Shown in pieces: positions 52,751-64,000 of a stretch of DNA of 64,000 nucleotides. Numbering within the stretch: the stretch's first letter is position 1; the number at the start of each line of letters is the position of its first letter. The position numbers and the translations under genes are program-made. This DNA is from Camelus dromedarius (lineage: Eukaryota): the NCBI RefSeq assembly GCF_036321535.1, contig NC_087436.1, positions 16,368,001 to 16,432,000 of the forward strand, given 5' to 3'. Below the pieces are notes generated by a model, which saw only the letters and a program-made list of their open reading frames with translations, was not told the DNA's origin and did no database searches.

Positions 52751-55072
52751 AATAATTGTGATCACTTTCAGGGGCAAAACTTGAAACACTAGGAAATTTT
52801 AATTCAAAAGGAAACCACAGTAATTGAATATGCATCTTCATAACACTGACGTTGTAGGCACAGTGCGATGACTTAACTAATGAGAATTAACAAACGAATC
52901 TTGGGAAATCCTGACACTAGATTTAATCTATCCCACTTTTCACCTAAAAATTTCCACTTTGTTCTCACTAGTTGCAAATTAAGGAAGGTAACAAGCAAGC
53001 AGCTGCTGTTTTGCCAGCCTTGGAGCATTTAGGTTTCCTCTGCACCATGGACCTCCAGGACCTAGTTAGTTGTAGTTATTTGGCTCGTCCTCACTCCTAC
53101 AATGCACTGAATTGATGGGTATCAAATCTGAAATAAGCCTGCTCTAAATAACCCACCTAAATCACTCCTGCAGTTACATGCTCTCAGCATTTAGTGTAGG
53201 CTGAGGCAGAAGTCACTGTATCTACTCTGTAATCAAAAACATAATCACATGATGGTGTGTTCAGTTCTCTCAGTGGTTAAGACTCACTTGACTTAACCTT
53301 CAGTTTCCTCATTCATAATCAGAGCGCATTCAGCTTCCTAACTTTTGTCTTACCTTTAGAAAGGCCTGCCTCTGATCCAACCCCACTCATTTTACCACTC
53401 AACCTCTTACTTTGTTCTTCATATAATAAGGTGGAAGTGATGTGAAGATTATTACATTTTAAATATTTATTTGCTTTTTCTTTTCTTTTTTCTAGAAAGT
53501 CTTAAATTCTTCTTACCATATTCTTTATTGATAAAAGCTAATTTTTAAAATGAAATGTTTTGGTATTAATTTAAAAGGTTGAAGAAATTCGGAAGTGAAC
53601 ATTTTTAACATTTAGCAGTTAAAACACTTGCTTTGACTAAAGTCTTTACTTATAGGGGTAAAATGTACTTTATTAATTTTGCACTTTGAGATTGATGTGC
53701 ATCTTATCCTAAGTTACTATTAATAGGCTTTGTGCAAGAGAAAACACTGACTTTCCATCTGATTTGGATAAAGTGTTTCTCACTATTTTATTTCTAAAAT
53801 TGCAGACTTTATAATAAGCTTTGGGTTTATTAAAACCAAGAATTTAACAAAATTAATGGAAATACTCTTTTAGTTATATTTATTATTATCTTGAAAAGTT
53901 AGATACACATAGATACTAGTACTTTATTAAAACCTTAATACTTAGAATAGGCTATGATGTGTTCCAAGTTAAACTGTAAACTTTTTAGGCATACTAATTT
54001 TTTTTCCAGCTCAGTGGTCTTTTATCTGGAACATTTGAATTGTATTTCTTTATGACCTCACTGAAACACTTATTGTAAAAAAAGCTCATGCTGAATATTA
54101 TGGGTAGACATTCTATGACATTCATTTGTAGTATCTCTAGACATTGCAAAGAAAAATGTTAGCTAGAAACTCTAGGGGTAGAATGGAAGGGCTACTATAG
54201 ATACTTAATTCTCTGGACAAGTTTGTGTATATTATAAGCACCGTATCTGATTTAACAAAGAATCAAAAAAGTGGGAGCTTTATTTTTTTTCTGACACTGT
54301 TATGTGAGCAGTTCGTCCTGTGTTTAACATCCCAGATACATAGGAAGTTCACTGGGAAACTCCCCCTTCCCACCCCCATTCTTTACTGTTAAACTGCGAA
54401 AATCTTAATTTCATCATCCTCTCCCCTCCCCAGGAATTTTCATCATTCAATTAAAACAAAGAAAGAATCACCTGGCTCAAATTGCAGTCACACTATATTA
54501 GCCTTTTTATCAAAATTGAGTTTACGGAATCCTGATTTGAAAAACAGAAGCTCTCCAAAGTGGCTTAGACTGCCCTCGTATCGATCAGTTCAAAGAAGAG
54601 AAGGAGAAATACACTAAGTCTTTACTAACTCAGAGGCCAGTTTGTGTTAGTGAAGTCTGAATTACAGAGTGCTTGCAGAAAGGCGACTAAGTTTTGCTTT
54701 GTTTTGAATCATGTAGAGTAACTTAAGAGATTGTTGAAATGGTTCCAAATAAGGATTCTCCTGGGCCTGCTTTAATCAGTAGACATGATTCATTTGTAAT
54801 TTATAGTAGCCATGTATAATAATACTATTAGTTGAAATAGTTTTAACATATGTCTTTCAAGAAAGTTGTTATCACTGTTCAGTTGATTTTTTTGTTGTTG
54901 TTAACTATTCAAAGAAAACTTTTAGGTTGGACTGGATCAAATTTTATTATAAAACCTGAATTATCAAAATGTGAGTTAACACAACTTCCTTATCCTATAA
55001 GTTAAATGGTCCCTGGGAGTTTTTTCCATTTTTTTTAATAGCAATTTTAAAGAAAATTATTTTGTATTTCAG

Positions 55073-55240
55073 GAAAATTGATCCAAGTGGTATTTGGCCA
55101 TTGGGATGTCGTCACTTGCCTCACTCGTTCTGAGTCATATATCGGGGGAAATTGCTACGTTCTCTCAGGGTCACGTGATGCAACCCTTCTGCTCTGGTAC
55201 TGGAATGGAAAAAGCAGTGGGATTGGAGATAACCCAGGCA
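55073..55240 (+). CDS. LRBA: LRBA exon F (WD40 repeat), 168 bp, phase 1-1
   Basis: Acceptor gtatttcag|GA, donor GGCA|gtaagt. Encodes (G)KLIQVVFGHWDVVTCLTRSESYIGGNCYVLSGSRDATLLLWYWNGKSSGIGDNPG, a canonical GH...SGSRD...W WD40 repeat. Confidence 0.97.
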
Positions 55241-58200
55241 GTAAGTACAAGTTATTTTATAAGTAAACTTTTACAAGTGACGTATAACATTTTGCAGTGA
55301 AGTTACCTATTTCATCATGGTGAAAGTGAAACTGATTATCAAGTAGTTTCAATTTCATAGTTATAATTTAGGAAAGGTCTAGATAGCCTTGTTATTAACA
55401 TTTGGTAGCCATTGATAATTAAGATTCAAGCATGAAATCTCATTTTTCATGTTGTAGGTTATTCTTATGATCTGAAAATGCTAGTTCTTCATTGGAAATG
55501 GCTGTCACCACATAAGAGAGAGGTGTTTCATTCACGAACAGTAAGAACGTAAAAGAGCAATCACATATTATCTTGTTTATTGAATTCATATTTTAAAAGA
55601 GCAAAAGAAAAATAATTTCATGGAAACAAACTAGTCTTTATAAAAAAATATGCTTTCATTTACATATTAAAAGATAAAGCAGGTCATAAAAGGCCAATAT
55701 GGAGTATTCAAATTGGCTCCTGGTTTTTCAGATGGGAAATGAAAATGTTCACCAACAGCCTTAAACATCTTTATGAAACTGTGCTGAAGGCAGTAAAACA
55801 AAAAATGTGTAACCATTTAAAATTGTAATTCACAGAAGGCAAAAAAGGAAGCAGCTACCATTAAAACCAGTTGCACACAGCTGCAGAAAAGAAATGGCTT
55901 TAGAAAAACACATTAAGAAGTAGGAAAAAACAATTAAAGGGACCACCTGAAAAATGAGAATTTAATTAAAATGATTATGACAACACTGAAGAGTTCCTGC
56001 AAGAATAGCTTTAGATTTTTACCTCATAAGGTAGAGCATTTTAACTGCTCTTAAATATTTACAGTTTCTTAATTTAAAGCGAGTTGCCCTGTATTTGGTT
56101 AAGGAAGGGTCGTGTGGTTCCTGATTTCTTTACCTTGGATTCTGTGGTACTTACTCAGCCCCAAATTATAAAACCGTCTGAGTATGTTTAAATCCATCGT
56201 ATTTTGGATTGACTTCTTAAAGCTGTGCTTATTAAATGTACATTATTTGTATGAAAGTAAGACCTTTAAAAAAAAATTTAATCGAGAGCCAGTAGAGTTT
56301 TAAAAGAAGTGTATGCAAAGTATTTTATCAAGGCTGTTTCTGCTTTCTGTGTATTTTGTTTGGTGTGGTGGTGAAACAAAACTTGTATTCCGTGAACCTC
56401 TAATATGTATTTCTTATTTTAATCAAAACAAGGATAATTCCCTACACAACTAGAGTATGAAAAACAACCTTAAGGCTGGGACGCTGTGGGTAACTCAGCC
56501 ATTGTAATCAGATCAGACTTTGTGCGTGTGTCTCTGTTGCGGTGGGTAGTGTGTACGTGTGTGTGTTTCACATATTCACAGACATCTCCGTTTTATATGC
56601 AATTACAATGATTTGAAATATGTACACTTCGGTGGAGGGGGGTCTGTTTTTCACGTTCTTTTGAGAAGTACTTCGTTTTCTTTTCATTGTGGACCATGCC
56701 ATTCTGCTCCTTCTTAGGATCAGTGACTACTTTCGATTTCTTTTTTCCTGTTTCCGTAAATTCAGTTATTGAGATTTACTAAATTAGCTCAGACAAACCT
56801 AGATTTGACCTAGATAATAAATACATCATTTTGTTATTTATGTGAAAATATTCTGGAAGAACTTTCTTTTGCTTTAAAACAGTGGGAGATGTTTCATGCA
56901 CATAGAGTGATCCAAATGCAAAAAACTGTGTTTGTTTGTTTGTTTCTAAATCCTTGGCCTAACCGTGTTCTGTATGTCATTCCCAATGGGTATTTTGAGA
57001 AGTAGCTAAAGGCTTACTAGCTACACTTGTTTGTAAGTGTTGTTACAGTTCAAAAATTTAAGTATATTTTAAAATTAGAAATATTCAGTTTTCTAAAAGG
57101 GAGAAATACATTTTTATATAGTTAAATACTTTATAAATCACCCCAGGGATGGTTTTTTATACGCATATCCTGTAAAAAAAAAAAAAAAAGAGTCAAATAG
57201 GACTGACCAAACACTGGAGTCTTTTGCTCTTTTAAAATATGAATTCAGTAAACAAGATAATATGTGAACCAAAGTTCTAAGCTTTGCTGTGGTCCTTCTG
57301 TCTTGCCTATAAAATGAAAGCAACAATAGTAACTGACTTAAGGTGTTATCAGATGCACAGAATGCTTAGAGCAAATAAATCACCACACAGACACCATCTT
57401 GTTGGCATTAGAGTATATATTATAATGTTGTATTTTTCATAAAGCACTTCATCTGTACCCTCTCATTGTCTGCAGTATGGTGGACATTAACTCCTAGTAA
57501 TGCTGGTAATGAAAGGGAAAAAAATAACAGAATAACGTAACAGCACATCTAATAAAAATTTTAGAAAATTGTAATACATCTTGACTAAATTAAATTACCT
57601 TTCCCAAAGTGAACCTCATCCTTTTTGGCTCTTTTATAATGTCTAATGTCCCAATTTAATTTTGCTTTAGCTTTGAAGGATGAATCTAGGAGAAAGACAA
57701 ATAGGCACTTTTTCATATAATGAGAATTTCCACACATTAGAATGGAAAAATGAACAAGCCAGTCGAAGCTTTTCAAAAGAAAATGACAAACAAAAACAAA
57801 GATTTTTTTTTTACCGCCTGTGAACTGTGTTTTCAACATTCATGCAAGCTGGTTCCGATCTTATAAGCCTGTGGCTCACTGATGGCTCCTCGATGCAGCC
57901 GCTCAAGTCACAGCTTTTCAGAGGAGGACGTGCAGGTTATGCTTATTTCTGTCTTGTATCTCTTGGATGCAATATAATTGACCTGTAAGAAAGAGTCAGG
58001 CTTTTATATACATAATTGCAGCATGGTCTATAAATTCACACAACTCCTCAACTTAAATTTTTGAATTTAGACTTTTTCTCACTTAGAAGGAAAAATTAAT
58101 TTTTTTTTAATTAGGCTATTGCTTTTTCTGCATTTTATAGGTCTCATTCAAGTATTTAGTTTTTTTTTTTTTTCCAAAAGTCATGAGAATAAACTAGTAA

Positions 58201-59777
58201 TGTTACCTGCTGGTGTCATAAGCCTATGTTATTCTCTGCAAATCTAATGTTGGTGCTCTATGTAAAGTTGATAGCTTTAGTACTATTTTTTTAAAATCAG
58301 GTTACCCAGTATTAATATGCACATTGCTCAGGCAAAATCAGACTAATTCAGACTGGATAAAGCCTAGCTATAGCATAACTTGGGGCTTTTAAAAGGATGC
58401 ACATGTTTTATGAAATCTGCCTAGGTTTTGTAGCAAAAGCCTTGTTTTCCTGTACAACAGAGAGCTTTTCATTTTTGACTCTATTGTTGTCTGATAGTTA
58501 TTGTGGAATGTAATTTTCTTAATGAGAAGAAAAATTTAAGATAGGATACCATTTAGTTGTGGATTTTTTAAAGTAAATTTAACCAAGAACATTTCAATGA
58601 AAGTCATTTTCTACATGGAAGCATTTGTCTTTTCCCTGGTTCTTCTTTGTGTTTTAGAATTGAATCTTGTCCACCAAAATGCTTTTTCTGAAATACTCCT
58701 TTTTCCTTCAGAATAATGCTATCCAGACTGTACATTTCCAAATTTTGAAGAAAATGTTCCCTGATGCATTCAGTTGACATTTAAACAGTTTAAATTTAAA
58801 ATGTTCTTATAATCAAGGTGAAAATTTACAAAATAGTTATTCTTTATCCACTATTTTCATTGTATTAATAGCTCATAAACTTAAACACTTATTAAACATT
58901 TAGAAATATATGAATATTAAGCATTTTTAGATATCTGAGTAATTTTTTTTTTAAGCCACACAACTGTGTGATTAGCTTTCGAAGCAAACAGTCACTGACT
59001 GTGAGGTGTTGCATCGATGGTGTGTGTACTATTTCAGTAAAGTAGTTTTCCATTCTCACATTCTGTTTTTGATTTGATTGAAAGGTGGCATTTTTTTTTT
59101 CCTCTTTGCAATCAGACATGCTAATCTATGTCAGCTTTCTCCTTTATGGGAATGGCGTCTACCAAAGGGGAAAAAAAAACTAAGTTTTTTTTTCATAACA
59201 AGATTCTGTTCTTTAAGAATATTTCAGCACCGTTAATTAGAAAGAAGGTTTTATTAACCATAAGGCCAGCACTCACAGACCACAGAGCTGTTTTTTAAAG
59301 TACTGTATGCCAAAGCTGCCCTGCTCTTTCTCTGTGTAAAACTTCATTTTGTTATTCTCTCATCAATCACTTAAGTCATTACCGTAAATCCTACTGTTGT
59401 TAATTTTACTAGTATCACCCTAATGAGACATTCCTGCTATAATTAAAAATGAATTCTAACTTTAAGGCATTCTAAATTTTTTTTTAATGAATTTAGAATG
59501 ATCTTGCCATCTGACCGTAAATACAACTGATATACATAGACTGCTCACACCAAGTCTATAAGAAAAGCTGCATCACAGTACGTCCAGGTGTGACTCATTT
59601 GCTAGTTGCCCCTGTGCACGTGTGCTTATGCATATGTATATTTTTGTGCACATATTTAGGAGTTATGTTCTTTTTGTCCTAAACCCTAATATGCTTTACT
59701 GAGGCTACCAATAAATCCTTATTCTTTGTCTTGACAAAATATAGCTGGAAGTAAGACAAGCAAAGTAGGCGTCCTAG

Positions 59778-59792
59778 GGCGCCATCTGCTGG
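59778..59792 (-). promoter_or_regulatory. Candidate CTCF binding site
   Basis: Minus strand reads CCAGCAGATGGCGCC, a full match to the CTCF core CCASYAGRKGGCRS, in a locally CpG-retaining patch. Confidence 0.7.
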
Positions 59793-61295
59793 ATGTATTT
59801 GGGGACTTACCGTTGGTAAATCTGAAAAACAGAGCTTGTTAAAACAGGTGTACTTTGTTTTTAATTGCCTGTGATGTATTATTTTGGGGTCACAAGTGTC
59901 AAGATACGTACATCTGTGCTGACCCACATGAGTTTGTAAAAGAAATCACTTTCTCTTTTGCCCGACGCTAGGCTGGATTTGGACGTTATAACGCATATTT
60001 TCTTCAAGGAAAATGTAGGCACAATATACGCCTACTGAAACAAAGCATCACAGTTTGTCCTGAGATAAACTCTTGTCATATGGATCACAGGTCTTCAGTC
60101 AGCAGAACTGGAGAAAATTGTTGAGATGAGATTTTTAACATTAGGTTCCTCGTGTTCCCTGGATTCTGAATATGAAAACCGTGTTTGAAACAAGCAGCCT
60201 TTTTATATCTGGGATATGACTCTTGCTCTGATTCTTTGTCAATAACGTGAGCTCCTCTGTGCCTCTCACAAAGAACTTTCCTTGTGGCTCTCCTTTTGGT
60301 TTGTGCTGCTACACTAACGCTAAGATTACCCTGTGTTTTTCCTTTTCCCTTGAAGAATTCATCAAGCAGGGTTTGAAGCAATATGTTGGCAGTGTTCAAG
60401 TTCAGGTGACATTAAAACTACGTCTATGAAATTCTCCAGAAGGTCCAGGATGTTTAGTGCTCCATGATGTAATGCAGGCCCTCCAGTTCCAGCAAAACAA
60501 CTCTGTATTTACTGCTTGTAACTAATAGTAGATGTGGTAAAAGGAATTATATTCATATGGCAAATGAATACAACCTTAATGTGCACCATATGCAGAGTGG
60601 TGGGGTGATGTGCCAATATATCACATTTATTTACCTTGTTTAGTTGCAGGAAAAAAAAAATGACTATACCATTCAGCCTGTAGGCTCTGGCCATATAAAT
60701 ATGAGAACAGAAGAACTGATGGTGATTTATGGCCTCAGGTTGAAACTGAGTATCTTCATATGTAGACGTTAATAGTGCCACCCTGAAGAAAACTGTCTAA
60801 TACTTTGTGCTTAGATAGGAAGTTTAATTTCAAACAATGGCTGGAATTAACCATTAGTTAGAAAGGATAAATTCTTTCTAGTCAACTAAGTTTAGGCTCC
60901 CAAAGGCAGTTTTAAATGCATTTCTTCTTTCATTTAATCGAGACTGAATATACTCTGAAGTTGCAAGCTACTTCCTCCTCCCTTTCCTTTCTTTCTTAAG
61001 CCTAAAAGCAGGACTCTTCCGCTTTTAGAATGGGTGTGTGTGTGTGTGTCTGTGTGTGTGAGAACTTATGAAAAGAGACCCATTTTATATGAAGTTAAGT
61101 ATTAAATGCCTCTGAGGATTTCTTTTACAGTTGCCCTATTTTTAAAAGTACTTTGTTGAGCTTTTTAGTTTTTATTCTTGTAGCTTGTAGCCGTCTACAA
61201 CATTCTTGTAGTTGTGGCTTTCTGCAACTTTCTACAGCCATCACCCTAAGGAAATAAAGTTTATTTCCTAGGGTGGGCAGGGTCAGGGTGTTTCT

Positions 61296-62501
61296 CTCTT
61301 TTTTTTTCATTGAGATGTAATTGACATATAACATGATATTAGTCTCAGGTGTACAGCATCATGATTTGGTATTTGTATTTATCATGAAATGATCACCACA
61401 GTGTCTAGTTAACATCACCACACGTAGGTACAAATTTTTTTTTTTCTGATGGTGAGAACTTTAAGGTCTGCTCTCTCAGCAAGTTTCAAATATACAGTGC
61501 AGTGTTATTAACCAGAATCATCATACTGTATACTTCGTCCCCAAGACTTATTTTATAGTGGGAGTTTGTACCTTTTGACCATCTTTGCCTATTTCACCCC
61601 CCTCTCACCACCTCTGGCAATATGTTCTCTGTATCTATGAGTTTGGTGGTTTTTTTTTTTTAATTCTACACGTAAGTGAGATCGTATAGTATTTGTCTTT
61701 CTCTGTCTGATTTATTTCACTCAGGATAATGTCCCTAAAGTCCATCCATGTTGTCACAAATGTCAGGATTTCCTTCTTTTTGTGGCTGAGTAATATTCCA
61801 TCGTGTGTGTATGTATGTGTGTAAAATTTTGTCTACCCACTTATCCATCCATGGACACTTAGGTTGTTTCCATGTCTTGGCCACTGTGAATAATGTTGCA
61901 GTGAACATAGGGGTGCAGATAGCTTCTTAAATTAGTGTTTCTATTTCCTTCAAGTAAACACCCAGAAGTGGACTTGCTGGATCATATGAGAGTTCTATGT
62001 TTAATTTTTTGAGGAATCTCCATACTGATTTCCATAGTAGTTGCACCAACTTATATTCCCACCAACAGTGCACAAGGGTTCCCTTTTCTCCACATCCTCT
62101 CCAACACTTTTTATTTCTTGTCCTTTTGATGAAAGCCATTCTAACAGATGTGAGGTGACATCTCATTGTGGTTTGCATTTCCCTGATGATAAGTGATGGT
62201 GAATAACTGTTTCTGTATCTGTTAGCCATCTGTGTGTCTTCTTTGTAAGAAATGTCTATTCAGATCCTCTACCCATTTTGTAATTGGATTGTTTGTTCTT
62301 TTGATACTGAGTTATGTGAGTTCTGTATGTGTTTTGGATATTAACCCCTTATCAGGTATATGACTTGTAAATATTTCTCCCATTCCATAAGTTGCCTGTT
62401 CATTTTGTTGATAGTTTCCTTTGTTCAGAAGCTTTTTAGTTTTCATGTAATCCTGCTGGTTTATTTTTTGCTTTTGTTGCCTTTGCTTTTGGTGTCAAAT
62501 C
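61296..62501 (-). mobile_element. 5'-truncated L1 (L1MA9-like): ORF2 C-terminus plus 3' UTR
   Basis: The ORF at 61927-62229 encodes the L1 ORF2 C-terminal Cys-rich region ([27 protein letters not shown]). T-tail at the left end. TSD cagggtgtttct (61284-61295) / caggatgtttct (62502-62513). Confidence 0.93.
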
Positions 62502-62859
62502 CAGGATGTTTCTAATAGTTAAAGATGTGAAAACCCTCTTTACTTTTCACTAGTGCCTGACTTGCGTATCTTTAACAAAGGACCCTTAAAAATGTTAAGG
62601 AGGATATATCACAAAGAATTTTATGTGACTTGGGCATTTAGGATAGATAGATAAAAACAGTTAACTTTTTATTTTTCATGTATTTTATATTCATAAGAAT
62701 CATAATGTTACGTATCAACAAATATGAACAAGATAGCATTTCAACAAATTTTCTAATACCTGTATTGTTTTTTGGAGGCAGAATTTTATAGTGTTTATAT
62801 TTACTAGACACCCATGTGCAGCTACAGGAGCTATCAATGAGTCAGAGGCAAACCCCTCT

Positions 62860-63250
62860 ATGGGGAATTGTGAAATGAAAAGTCTCAAGAAAATAGGATA
62901 AAACAAGTACATTAGTTAAGTAAAGTTTGATGTGTCCACACAGTGAAATACTGTACAGCCATTAGCGTATGAAGAACTTGTGACAGTGACATAGAAGGAT
63001 ATGCCCTTCCTATTGTTAAGTGTGAAAGATCACCAGACTACGTGAATAATACGATAGACTTTAACTATCTGTGTCTTGTATCCTATGCGTATTTATACAT
63101 AGGAAAAAAAGTCTGAAATTATAGCAAAATGTTAGCAATGGTTTTTATGTAGTGGAAATTTGAGGCAGTTCATTTTCTTCATAATTTACTAAATTATATG
63201 AATGTTTTATAATGAGCGTGTATTATGTTGATAATCAGAGACAATAAACA
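62860..63250 (+). mobile_element. Old L1M(C/E) 3' UTR remnant
   Basis: tccacacagtgaaatactgtacagccatta...attgttaagtg...aaaatgttagcaatggtt...tattatgttgataatcag. Confidence 0.6.
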
Positions 63251-63619
63251 TATTTTACTTGGGAGGAAAATACCTTATGATGATAGTGTACCTTCACTTC
63301 CTGCTCAAGGCTTCCAGGTGTGAGTAGTTGTATCAGAATTAAATGGATTGTCCGGGAAGACTGGAAAGTCAAAGAGGAGGAGGAATGGGAGAAATCAAAG
63401 TATAATTTCTAGAAAAGAAGGTGTATTTTCTCCTTGACAAGAAACAATAGTTGTGAGAACTACCTCTAATTGGCATTTATGTGGCACAGGATCAGATATT
63501 CTATTTTGCAGAAAAGAGTGTCTGCAACAGAGGGTGGAAATGTGCATCACTCCACTATTGCCCCTGACACCGCCGCTGCTTGTGCTACTGGATGGTGCTC
63601 ACTGGGTGCTCACTCTACG

Positions 63620-63890
63620 CCAGGACCCATCCTAACTAAGCACTTTGCAGAGTAACCATTAATCTTCACGTGGTCCTCTGTGGTAACTATTGGTATTATC
63701 CTTGTTTTATACATGAGGCACAGGGAGATTACCAGCCTTTACTTTCTGCCCTGGCCTTGAAGCTCCTGGATCTTACTAGACCGATGAGAACTTGCCCAGG
63801 GGAGGTCACGTAGCTAGCAGTGCTGGAGCCTGGATCCAAACCCAGGCACTCTAGGCCAGAGGCACCGTTCTTAACCACTAAACTGTACAG
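63620..63890 (-). mobile_element. MIR SINE with an internal insertion of about 55 bp
   Basis: ctaagcacttt...attaatcttcac...tattatccttgttttatacatgagg then aacttgccca..ggtcac..gctagc..gctggagcctggatccaaacccaggc. Confidence 0.7.
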
Positions 63891-64000
63891 CACATTTAAT
63901 TTGATTTTGTTGGACCACCAGTTGTAGAGAATTTGATGCAACATTATCACCAAAGCACTCTTTGTATTTGCAAAGGACAATATAATTTTGTTATACGGAG

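Noticed and set aside
55241..55266. Read-through tails of exons A, B, C, E and F as alternative C-termini
   Set aside because: Their donors are consensus-like (gtaagt or gtaacc), unlike exon D, and nothing else supports retention.
61927..62229. 100-aa ORF as a host gene
   Set aside because: It is the L1 ORF2 C-terminus inside a 5'-truncated L1 with a TSD.

Overview
Mammalian genomic DNA (AT-rich, CpG-depleted, about 99% intronic), most likely from a camelid, judging by two tRNA-Ala-derived Vic-1-type SINEs. It holds six consecutive + strand coding exons of LRBA: 12002-12169, 35304-35393, 39653-39830, 43985-44047, 49068-49223 and 55073-55240. All have GT-AG ends and splice in frame into the end of the BEACH domain, the linker and the first WD40 repeats. 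The 63-bp fourth exon is missing from the ORF track; nearly all other tracked ORFs look spurious or repeat-derived. Introns carry the usual L1, L2, MIR, hAT/mariner fossils and microsatellites, some nested with readable target-site duplications. I found no prokaryote-type system, CRISPR array or RNA gene. The most interesting signals are regulatory: (i) around the 63-bp exon, a weak donor whose read-through gives a short WD40-less C-terminus with downstream poly(A) signals, lying within an enhancer-like block (palindromic double octamer, Pbx-Hox plus Meis, three ATF4/C-EBP-type sites) that could also base-pair with the exon's own 3' splice site; (ii) tandem acceptors adding YLLLQ, each with its own candidate branch point; (iii) a near-perfect CTCF motif; and (iv) several CNE-like blocks that may serve MAB21L2, which is nested in an upstream LRBA intron outside the window. 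Repeat family names, repeat boundaries and conservation are by-eye calls, not computed.
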